Assembly (NCBI GenBank): GCA_965371185.1 | Contig: CBDUXN010000071.1 | Coordinates: 1-15,851 of the forward strand | Source of the DNA: an uncultured Thermoplasmata archaeon | GTDB taxonomy: Archaea; Thermoplasmatota; Thermoplasmata; GCA-020350865 | Reading direction: 5' to 3' | Length of the DNA: 15,851 nucleotides | Shown here: positions 6,981 through 14,049 of the stretch, in pieces | Layout of the letters: the number at the start of each line of letters is the position of its first letter | Numbering within the stretch: the stretch's first letter is position 1 | Translations under genes and position numbers: made by a program | Notes under the pieces: model-generated | Seen by the model: the letters and a program-made list of their open reading frames with translations, nothing else | Told to the model about the DNA's origin: nothing | Database searches by the model: none

Positions 6981-9900
6981 ATGAAAGGAAAGGTAATTGT
7001 TCTTATGATTATCGTTGGAATGATAGCACTGGCGATTATTGTAGCTGGACCTTCTCAAGCAGAGAATTATGGACTGGAAGAGACCCTTATTGGGCATTCT
7101 AATTATGTACATAGTGTTTCGTGGAATCCTAACGGAACCCTATTGGCTTCTGGAGCTAACGATCATGAAATTAAAATATGGGATACAAGTACTTGGCAGA
7201 TTACACGTACACTAACAGGGCATACTGATAAAGTATTTAGCGTCTCTTGGAATCCTAATGGGACTCTATTAGCCTCTGGTTCTGCCGACCATACAATCAA
7301 GATATGGAATACGAGCACTTGGGAAAACCTACAAACACTGATAGGGCATTCGGGCGTTGTTACGAGCGTTACATGGAGTCCTGATGGAAAACAGTTGGCC
7401 TCAGGGTCCTATGACTATAAAATCAAAATCTGGAATACGAGTACTTGGCAGAACACAGACACGCTAACTGCGCATGAGTGGTATTCTTCCCTGGTGGCTT
7501 GCGTTTCATGGAGCCCTGATGTAAGCCTCATGGCCTCTGGCGGATCGGGCAATGAACTTAGGATATGGAACACGAGCACCTGGGGACTTGTCAAAACGGT
7601 AGATACGCAAACTTGGCCTGGTGGAACCGTAAGGAGCGTTTCGTGGAGCCCCGATGGAAGCCAATTAGCTTCTGTACCTCCCAACGAAAACTCCTTCAAG
7701 ATATGGAATACCACTACATGGGATAACACTCAAACAATCATAGGGCATACAGCCCAGGTGAGTAGCCTCTCATGGAACCCTAATGGGAACCGCCTGGCCT
7801 CTGGATCCGACGATAATACAATCAGGATATGGAATACGAGCACATGGACGAATTTACAGACAACGGCATATCCTACCGACGTGTTATGTATCTCGTGGAG
7901 CCCCAATGGGACTCGTCTAGCTTCCGGATTTAGAACCAACAATATTACGATATTAGGTATCGATTCCGACGCAGACGGCATAGCAGACGTAAAAGACACC
8001 TTTCCAGCCGATTCCACGCAGTGGATTGACACAGATGGTGATGGATACGGGGATAATTCGACAGGTAACAATCCCGACTTAATCCCGGATGATCCAACGC
8101 AATGGAATGATTCCGATGGAGATGGGTATGGGGATAACCAGACTGGGAATAACCCTGACATATATCCAAATGATAACACGCAATGGATTGACACAGATGG
8201 TGATGGATACGGGGATAATTCGACTGGTAATAATCCCGACTTGTTCCCAGCGGACTTTTCTCAATGGAACGACTCTGATGGAGATGGATATGGGGATAAC
8301 CAGACAGGGAACAGCCCTGATGCATTTCCAAATGATAACACGCAATGGATTGACACAGATGGCGACGGATATGGAGATAATTCGACTGGTAACAATCCTG
8401 ACTTGTTCCTAGCGGACTTAACTCAATGGAACGACTCTGATGGAGATGGATATGGGGATAACCAGACAGGGAATAGCCCTGATGCATTTCCATTCGATCG
8501 TACACAATGTAATGATACGGACGATGATGGATATGGCGATAATCCAAACGGGAACCAACCCGATCATATGCTGACGGTTTGGGGTAATTCAACCATAGAT
8601 TATTTCGGTTGTCCAGATGATGACGGTGATGGCCATTCAAACCTAACAGATTCTTTTCCTTTTGACCCGGCCGCAAGTTTCGATTCCGATGGAGATAGCT
8701 ACCCTGACGAATGGAACCTTGGAAAGACCGCTTCTGACTCCACCACTGGTCTTAATCTCGATGTCTTCCCCAATGATCCCGGCGAATGGGGAGATATCGA
8801 TGGCGATGGCATTGGTGACAACTCCGACTTTCTCCCACAACTTCATAATTTAATATTTTATGGTATCATAGTTATTATCATTATTATACTATTATTTTTA
8901 GTATCTTTGATAGGTATAAAAAATATAGTAGAATCGAGGAGCTATACCTCCAATTTCATCAGTTGGATTGCTAGTTTAAAGGTTATGAAAGATGAAAAGC
9001 CACCAAAAGAGCTATTGAGAACTCTTGAGCCACTATTTGAAAAATACAATGAACTTTCAAATGATAAATCTATTCCACAAAAAATAGACAACTTGAATGG
9101 TGAGTTTTATAAACTTGAGGATATCTCAGCAAACTATGAAGGTATGTCAAAAAGAAGGACAAAAGCAGGCAAACAGGCTAAAGGGCGTAAAAAGGAGATT
9201 GACGAGAACATCATCGCTCTCAAAGATGAAATTTGGCGTTTAAACAAGTTAAATGGTGAGAGAGAACAAAATATTTTGGAATTGGAGGATAAGGCTAGGG
9301 ATATTATCTTGGCCTGGAGAGCGGGTAAAACCATTAGCAGTGAAACCGCTATAGATAAAGCCGAGAGAAGACAAAAAGAGATCAACGCATCTGTTTCAGG
9401 AATATTGGAGCGAGTTAAAACTATCACAAAAATAGCAGACATTAAAGAGTCTGAAGAAATTACCGTTGATGTTACAAGGATAATGACTATCGTGGGTGAA
9501 AAAGTAAAGTTTGGTGTTAAAGTACAGAATGATTATGATTTTACTATCAACGACATTGACGTTCGGATTAGCACACCAAGAAAGGCTCTTGATATAATTG
9601 AACCTCATTCAAATGGTATTGCTCATATCAATAATTTATCTCCTGGTGAATCGCAAACTATTATTTTCATGTTAAAACCTTTAAGGTGCGTCGATACAAA
9701 AATCACAGGAGTTGTGGAGTTTAAAGATCCGAGAGGTGAATTGCAGGTTAAAAAAATCAGACCAAAGGCCACTGGGTTGGTATGCCCGTTTATAGAGCCC
9801 TATATAATAACTTCAGGCGATTATGTAAAAATGACAGAAACTTTGGAATCCACTCAAACCGGCTTTACCATAAAAGGCATAACAGTAGACTATATTCGGG

Positions 9901-10334
9901 ATAAATTGCTTGATCATACGGAATATATGCACGATGTAGATATCAAGAAGTTTAGTTTTGATGGTGTTGAGAGTTATATGATTTGGCAGAGTGGAAAATC
10001 CAAAGTACAAAATTTAATTTATCTATTAACAACAGTCATTACCAAGGATAAGGAATTAGACATTGTGAACACAGCTTTTTCAGCCTACTGTAGCCAAGAT
10101 CATGGTTTGCCATCATTTCTTGGTGAGGTTGTAGATACCTTAAAAGCGAATGTAAAAGCTGAAAAGGGAGCAATGGAAATCTCTAGTATCAATATAAATC
10201 AAGCGATAAATATGGTGGATTGTGTTGTGAATAGGAGTAGTATTGGAGGCGGAGGTTCTGGGAATATATGCATTGATATGAAGGATAGCATCGTTCATAA
10301 GAGCAGAATATCTGGTTCTGATGATTTAGAATAG
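6981..10334 (+). CDS. Type-I membrane protein: signal peptide, extracellular 7-blade WD40 propeller, ~9 TSP3-like Ca-binding repeats, TM helix, coiled-coil, and a conserved C-terminal cytoplasmic module shared with the 10700 gene
   Basis: 1117 aa with an ATG start. The signal peptide is MKGKVIVLMIIVGMIALAIIVAGPSQA|EN. Seven repeats of the WD40 type are present: GH...VxSVSWNPNGTLLASGSxDxTIKIWNTSTW. The canonical WD dipeptide is replaced in each blade by W-N-T-S-T-W, i.e. an N-glycosylation sequon per blade. The Ca-binding repeats have the form DTDGDGYGDNSTGNNPDLFPxDxTQWNDSDGDGYGDNQTGNSPDAFPND (DxDxDG motif). The TM helix is LIFYGIIVIIIIILLFLVSLIGI (~nt 8850-8920). This is followed by a ~190-aa coiled-coil and then the shared module at ~nt 9480-10260. 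Confidence 0.9.
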   Translation: MKGKVIVLMIIVGMIALAIIVAGPSQAENYGLEETLIGHSNYVHSVSWNPNGTLLASGANDHEIKIWDTSTWQITRTLTGHTDKVFSVSWNPNGTLLASGSADHTIKIWNTSTWENLQTLIGHSGVVTSVTWSPDGKQLASGSYDYKIKIWNTSTWQNTDTLTAHEWYSSLVACVSWSPDVSLMASGGSGNELRIWNTSTWGLVKTVDTQTWPGGTVRSVSWSPDGSQLASVPPNENSFKIWNTTTWDNTQTIIGHTAQVSSLSWNPNGNRLASGSDDNTIRIWNTSTWTNLQTTAYPTDVLCISWSPNGTRLASGFRTNNITILGIDSDADGIADVKDTFPADSTQWIDTDGDGYGDNSTGNNPDLIPDDPTQWNDSDGDGYGDNQTGNNPDIYPNDNTQWIDTDGDGYGDNSTGNNPDLFPADFSQWNDSDGDGYGDNQTGNSPDAFPNDNTQWIDTDGDGYGDNSTGNNPDLFLADLTQWNDSDGDGYGDNQTGNSPDAFPFDRTQCNDTDDDGYGDNPNGNQPDHMLTVWGNSTIDYFGCPDDDGDGHSNLTDSFPFDPAASFDSDGDSYPDEWNLGKTASDSTTGLNLDVFPNDPGEWGDIDGDGIGDNSDFLPQLHNLIFYGIIVIIIIILLFLVSLIGIKNIVESRSYTSNFISWIASLKVMKDEKPPKELLRTLEPLFEKYNELSNDKSIPQKIDNLNGEFYKLEDISANYEGMSKRRTKAGKQAKGRKKEIDENIIALKDEIWRLNKLNGEREQNILELEDKARDIILAWRAGKTISSETAIDKAERRQKEINASVSGILERVKTITKIADIKESEEITVDVTRIMTIVGEKVKFGVKVQNDYDFTINDIDVRISTPRKALDIIEPHSNGIAHINNLSPGESQTIIFMLKPLRCVDTKITGVVEFKDPRGELQVKKIRPKATGLVCPFIEPYIITSGDYVKMTETLESTQTGFTIKGITVDYIRDKLLDHTEYMHDVDIKKFSFDGVESYMIWQSGKSKVQNLIYLLTTVITKDKELDIVNTAFSAYCSQDHGLPSFLGEVVDTLKANVKAEKGAMEISSININQAINMVDCVVNRSSIGGGGSGNICIDMKDSIVHKSRISGSDDLE
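7975..8570 (+). repeat. Intragenic tandem array of ~3.5 copies of a 162-bp unit (two 81-bp half-units) encoding the TSP3-like Ca-binding repeats
   Basis: Unit-A copies start at ~8016, 8178 and 8340: cacgca(g/a)tggattgacacagatggtgatggatacggggataattcgac.ggtaa.aatcc.gactt. Unit-B copies start at ~8099, 8262 and 8424: caatggaa.ga.tc.gatggagatgg.tatggggataaccagac.ggga...ccctga. The period is exactly 162 bp, and copies 2 and 3 differ at only a few positions. The array decays from ~8500. Confidence 0.8.
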
Positions 10335-10471
10335 GGGGGAAGATCTGATACTCGATACAATGTAGTCCAAAGAATAGCAATTTGACAATAAAAAAATAAA
10401 AATTTTCTAAAGCAAATCCATTATATATCCTGAGTTCATGATAAACAAACCTTTAACGCCACCTCATCCCC

Positions 10472-10572
10472 ATCACAATTCTTATAATACCCAAACCCTT
10501 TTGGGGATTAAACCCAAAATCTATTGCAGAGGAATATCACGGAAAAAGGAGGTTAACATTACCGTGGAAGAC
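10472..10572 (+). promoter_or_regulatory. Copy A of a duplicated ~100-bp promoter/5'UTR/start segment (BRE-TATA TTATAATA, palindrome CCCAAACCCTTTTGGGG, SD AAAGGAGG, decayed start accGTGgaagac)
   Basis: About 85% identical to 12389-12490 (copy B), with a perfect 39-bp core ATCACAATTCTTATAATACCCAAACCCTTTTGGGGATTA. In copy A the position homologous to the carboxyltransferase ATG is GTG, followed by 4 codons and TAG. It is probably the promoter driving the 540-aa gene, through a ~200-nt leader. Confidence 0.5.
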
Positions 10573-10699
10573 ATAATATAGGAGCTATGGGGAAAGGATT
10601 TAGTATGTAGGTTGATTGGAGAGAAGGATGAGTACACGTTTGTTTGAATTTCGGCGAGACATGAAAGAAGGTTAAAAAGTTATGTGATGGAAGGGTAAT

Positions 10700-12322
10700 A
10701 TGGAAGATCAAAAAATAACAAATCTACGGATTTTAATATTCTTCGGGATATTTTTAATGATAATAGGTTTAATAGGACCATGGTATAGTTATAGTTACGA
10801 ACCAGAGGAGTATGATAGTTATTATGATAAATATGAGTTCAACGGTTTCTACACCTATTATCACTATGAGGATTACTATGTTGTGGAGAATAGCTTTAAT
10901 GAAATAACGCCCATGTCTTTGCTAATTTCATGGCCTTTCCTTTTATGCATATACTTATCTCTTTTCTCTGTAATAACATTTAGATTTAAATTTCCTCTTT
11001 TAATTCCAATAGTCACAACTTCGGAAATTTGCTCCTATATTATTCTCTTGGCAATTATTGGTCAAATAAACAGGATCGGATGGGGGATACCTTTCCTATT
11101 TATTGGAAACGCGTTTGTTTTTATAGGATTACCAGGCTTAAGAGATAAATTAAAAGAAACAATAATGGGTTCACTTGGATCGACTTCAGAAAATACTATT
11201 TCACTGGTTCAAGTTGCAGAAAAAACCGGGTTCAGTAAGGTTGCGGTCAAAGATATGGTAAAATATCTTCTAACAAAGGACAAGATTGGAGGACATCTGG
11301 ACGGCCCTAATTTGATGTATTACAAGATATCGCCCTTTGTCTCACCTGTTTCTAGTGGACCCCAAATCCAATCTATTCCCCTTACTGAGGAGGTGGAACA
11401 AAAAGTAATGGAAGAAGATATCTCCCAACCACCAGTAACCTCTGAAGAAACAGAGAGGGAAGAAGATATCTCCACACAAATAACACCTGATGAAGAAACT
11501 ATTCCTCCAACTGAAAATATCGGCATAAAGAGCGCAATATCCTATAAAGGCGCAAAAGTGGTATATAAGGTAAAAGTTGAGAATAATTCTAAGGAACCTA
11601 TTGCAAGGATCAGGGCCAAACTCTATCTTTCTGATAATGTTTTTATCCTTGATAAGGATGAAAAAGGATTGGATCTCCTACAACCAGAAGAGTCCGCAAC
11701 GGTTACATTTAACCTTCGACCAAAAGGTGAATGTGGAAATGTGGGTATATCTGGAAAAGTGGTCTATTATGATTATAAGATAAAAGAATACAAAGAGCTG
11801 AAAATTGAGTCCAAAACAACCGCAATTATCTGCCCTATGATGAAGGTTGTTCAAACAGATGAGGATAGTTGGCGGGACAATGTCAGCAGAATGATCAAGG
11901 TTGAAGAAACAACTGAGGAAATCCCGATCGAGGCGAAAGCCCTTTTTGATGTGGTGGTAGATGTGGTCAGGGATATCAACTGCTATATGCTGGAACCTAA
12001 AATTACAGATGCCTCTGGAATGTTTCGTGGAGTGGGAAGATTCTATTGTGAGGGTGTAAAAGGTCTTAAGTATGCCATTCATGTCGAGGTTATAGGGGGT
12101 AAAACCAAATCTAAATTGATATTAAAAGCCTTTGCAGAAAATGAAGAATCACTAATAGGTTTCTATCACTGCATTTTGGATGAGATTGAAAAGAGAACCA
12201 AGATTAAGGAGTATATACATGATGCTCTAATTGTACATGGGGATTATGTAACTGGCGAGAAGATTGAGGTGAGGGATAGTGTGGTTAGTAGGTCGAGTAT
12301 AAAAGGGGACAAAAAGGATTAG
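10700..12322 (+). CDS. Membrane-tethered winged-helix protein: 4 TM helices, cytoplasmic wHTH, acidic linker, and the C-terminal module shared with the 6981 gene
   Basis: 540 aa with an ATG start. The four TM helices are ILIFFGIFLMIIGLIGPWYSY, MSLLISWPFLLCIYLSLFSVITF, LLIPIVTTSEICSYIILLAIIGQI and GWGIPFLFIGNAFVFIGLPGL. Loop 1 is acid/aromatic-rich and probably outside. Positive residues follow TM2 and TM4, placing N- and C-termini inside. The wHTH-like segment is TISLVQVAEKTGFSKVAVKDMVKYLLTKDKIGGHLDG. An E/T/P-rich acidic linker precedes the ~260-aa C-module (nt ~11535-12300), which is homologous to the C-terminus of the 1117-aa protein. Confidence 0.85.
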   Translation: MEDQKITNLRILIFFGIFLMIIGLIGPWYSYSYEPEEYDSYYDKYEFNGFYTYYHYEDYYVVENSFNEITPMSLLISWPFLLCIYLSLFSVITFRFKFPLLIPIVTTSEICSYIILLAIIGQINRIGWGIPFLFIGNAFVFIGLPGLRDKLKETIMGSLGSTSENTISLVQVAEKTGFSKVAVKDMVKYLLTKDKIGGHLDGPNLMYYKISPFVSPVSSGPQIQSIPLTEEVEQKVMEEDISQPPVTSEETEREEDISTQITPDEETIPPTENIGIKSAISYKGAKVVYKVKVENNSKEPIARIRAKLYLSDNVFILDKDEKGLDLLQPEESATVTFNLRPKGECGNVGISGKVVYYDYKIKEYKELKIESKTTAIICPMMKVVQTDEDSWRDNVSRMIKVEETTEEIPIEAKALFDVVVDVVRDINCYMLEPKITDASGMFRGVGRFYCEGVKGLKYAIHVEVIGGKTKSKLILKAFAENEESLIGFYHCILDEIEKRTKIKEYIHDALIVHGDYVTGEKIEVRDSVVSRSSIKGDKKD

Positions 12323-12347
12323 AAGTAGATGCTAAAACGATTGCTGA

Positions 12348-12381
12348 TCTTTTATTTCGTAATGGGTGTGATAGATTTTTG
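12348..12381 (+). terminator. Candidate oligo-T terminator downstream of the 540-aa gene
   Basis: T-tracts cTTTTaTTTcg (12350-12357) and aTTTTTg (12376-12380) lie 25-55 nt after the TAG at 12320-12322. Archaeal intrinsic termination uses T-runs. The signal is weak. Confidence 0.25.
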
Positions 12382-12388
12382 ACTGTTT

Positions 12389-12475
12389 ATCACAATTCTT
12401 ATAATACCCAAACCCTTTTGGGGATTAGGCCCAAAATCGGTTGCTCGATAATATCACATGAAAAGGAGGCATACC
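12389..12475 (+). promoter_or_regulatory. Copy B: promoter and 5'UTR of the carboxyltransferase operon (TATA TTATAATA 12399-12406, palindrome 12407-12423, SD AAGGAGG 12463-12469)
   Basis: The A/T box is preceded by the conserved ATCACAATTC (BRE-like position). The predicted TSS is ~12428, about 25 nt from the TATA centre. The SD lies 6 nt before the ATG at 12476. A bacterial-style TTGACT sits only 15 nt upstream of TATAAT and is not conserved in copy A, so I favour an archaeal-type promoter. Confidence 0.5.
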
Positions 12476-14026
12476 ATGACCATGGAAGACAAGATCCAGG
12501 AGCTGAGGGAAAAGAAAGAGCAGGCCAGGCTTGGCGGGGGAAAAGAACGAATAGAAAAGCAGCACTCGCAGGGCAAACTCACAGCCAGGGAGAGAGTAGA
12601 GAAGGTCCTGGACGATGGAAGCTTCATCGAGCTGGATGCCTTTGCGCTGCACGAATGCACTGATTTCGGGATGGATAAGAAGCGCATTCTCGGGGACGGG
12701 GTTGTTACAGGCTACGGTACCATCGACAGCCGCCTTGTTTACATATTCTCCCAGGATTTCACGGTTTTTGGCGGCTCTCTGGGATGGCGATTCGCCGAAA
12801 AGATTTGCAAGATCATGGACCTGGCGATGAGGAACGGTGCACCGGTCATAGGTATCAACGATTCTGGCGGCGCAAGGATCCAGGAAGGCGTTGTGAGCCT
12901 TGGAGGGTACGCGGAAATTTTCTTCAGGAATGTTATAGCCTCCGGAGTGGTGCCTCAGATCTCTGCAATAATGGGGCCGTGCGCTGGCGGTGCGGTGTAT
13001 TCACCTGCAATGACGGATTTCATACTCATGGTCAAAGAGACCAGTAACATGTTCATCACAGGGCCGGAAGTAATAAAAACTGTGACTAACGAAGAGGTTA
13101 CTTTCGAGGAGCTGGGCGGTGCCATGACCCACAACACGAAAAGCGGCGTTGCACACTTCGCATGCGAGGACGAGGAGGACTGTGCCAGGATGATAAAAAA
13201 GCTGCTCAGTTATATACCCTCCAACAACCTGGACGATCCGCCATATATGGAGACAAACGACGATCCGAACAGGAAGGACATGGAGCTGGTCAACATCGTT
13301 CCCGACGATCCAAATAAACCGTACGATATCAAGGACGTCATCCTAAGGGTTGTGGACAACAGGGATTTCTTTGAGGTGCACCCGTACTGGGCAAAGAACA
13401 TAGTGGTTGGATTTGCAAGGCTTGACGGTCATCCAGTGGGCGTGGTGGGAAACCAGCCCAATTTTCTTGCAGGCACGCTTGACATAAATTCCTCAACAAA
13501 AGGCGCCCGCTTCGTCAGGTTCTGCGATGCATTCAACATCCCCTTGCTGACCTTCGTTGACGTTCCAGGCTTTCTGCCGGGCACGGCCCAGGAGTACGGC
13601 GGCATCATAAGGAACGGCGCGAAACTGCTGTACGCTTACTGCGAGGCAACCGTTCCGAAAATCACGGTCATTACCAGGAAAGCCTACGGCGGGGCGTACG
13701 ATGTCATGTGCTCGAAGCATATCCGGGCAGATATTAATTTTGCGTGGCCCTCTTCCGAAATAGCTGTCATGGGCCCTGACGGCGCTGTGAACATCGTGTT
13801 CAGAAAGGAAATAGAGAAGGCTGAGGACAAGAAAAAGAGAAAGGAGGAACTGGTCGCTGAATACAGGAAAAAATTTGCAAATCCCTATATAGCAGCAGAG
13901 AAGGGGTATATAGACGATATCATCGAGCCGCAGGAGACGAGACCGAGGGTGATAAATGCTCTGCATACCCTATTGAACAAACGAGAACCGCGCCCTGCAA
14001 AAAAGCACGGCAACATACCGCTGTAA
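12476..14026 (+). CDS. Acyl-CoA carboxyltransferase of the propionyl-CoA carboxylase beta / methylmalonyl-CoA decarboxylase alpha / transcarboxylase 12S family
   Basis: The track ORF starts at 12458, but that ATG overlaps the SD. I prefer ATG 12476 ([13 protein letters not shown]...), 6 nt after AAGGAGG. The N-terminus is [41 protein letters not shown]. Further diagnostic segments are [42 protein letters not shown], the oxyanion and CoA-binding regions, and [25 protein letters not shown]. These are all characteristic of PccB/MmdA-type carboxyltransferases. The ORF is ~517 aa, the typical length. Confidence 0.9.
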   Translation: MTMEDKIQELREKKEQARLGGGKERIEKQHSQGKLTARERVEKVLDDGSFIELDAFALHECTDFGMDKKRILGDGVVTGYGTIDSRLVYIFSQDFTVFGGSLGWRFAEKICKIMDLAMRNGAPVIGINDSGGARIQEGVVSLGGYAEIFFRNVIASGVVPQISAIMGPCAGGAVYSPAMTDFILMVKETSNMFITGPEVIKTVTNEEVTFEELGGAMTHNTKSGVAHFACEDEEDCARMIKKLLSYIPSNNLDDPPYMETNDDPNRKDMELVNIVPDDPNKPYDIKDVILRVVDNRDFFEVHPYWAKNIVVGFARLDGHPVGVVGNQPNFLAGTLDINSSTKGARFVRFCDAFNIPLLTFVDVPGFLPGTAQEYGGIIRNGAKLLYAYCEATVPKITVITRKAYGGAYDVMCSKHIRADINFAWPSSEIAVMGPDGAVNIVFRKEIEKAEDKKKRKEELVAEYRKKFANPYIAAEKGYIDDIIEPQETRPRVINALHTLLNKREPRPAKKHGNIPL

Positions 14027-14049
14027 CCTTTACATCGGGGGAGAAATAA

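Noticed and set aside
6498-7112. Minus-strand ORFs 6498..6836, 6734..6982 and 6897..7112 in and around the 276-bp intergenic region
   Set aside because: They are AT-rich and aromatic-rich with no starts or SDs, and they overlap the ends of flanking genes. The intergenic region is purine-rich on the plus strand and more plausibly holds the promoter of the WD40 gene (TATA-like gTTTATATga ~6894-6903). I could not support an sRNA.
7975-8570. Regularly spaced direct repeats, considered as a possible CRISPR array
   Set aside because: The repeats are 81/162 bp long, lie in-frame inside a long CDS, and the 'spacers' are themselves conserved. They encode Ca-binding protein repeats, not repeat-spacer units.
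7415-8853. Cluster of minus-strand ORFs (7415..7729, 7730..8194, 7945..8676, 8079..8345, 8643..8846) and plus-strand ORFs (8089..8412, 8662..8853) inside the WD40/TSP3 gene
   Set aside because: These are alternative-frame translations of the 162-bp tandem repeats. The repeat periodicity keeps wrong frames open. The His-rich and Ile-rich products are repetitive nonsense, and the sense frame encodes clear WD40 and DxDxDG repeats.
9134-10380. Minus-strand ORFs 9134..9442, 9396..9608, 9813..10010 and 10189..10380
   Set aside because: They are antisense to the cytoplasmic domain of the 1117-aa gene and have no independent support.
11320-12082. ORFs 11320..11526 (-), 11577..11783 (+) and 11678..12082 (-)
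   Set aside because: They are internal to, or antisense of, the 540-aa gene and have no SDs or recognisable domains.
12378-12406. Bacterial sigma70-like promoter (TTGACT ... TATAAT)
   Set aside because: The spacer is only 15 nt. The -35-like hexamer is absent from the otherwise conserved copy A, and conservation instead begins ~10 bp upstream of the A/T box, which is the BRE position. I therefore favour an archaeal BRE/TATA reading.
12458-12475. ATG at 12458 as start of the carboxyltransferase (track ORF start)
   Set aside because: This ATG overlaps the Shine-Dalgarno AAGGAGG itself. The ATG at 12476 lies at ideal 6-nt spacing, and the homologous duplicated block preserves that arrangement. 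The mature N-terminus is probably MTMEDK... or MEDK....
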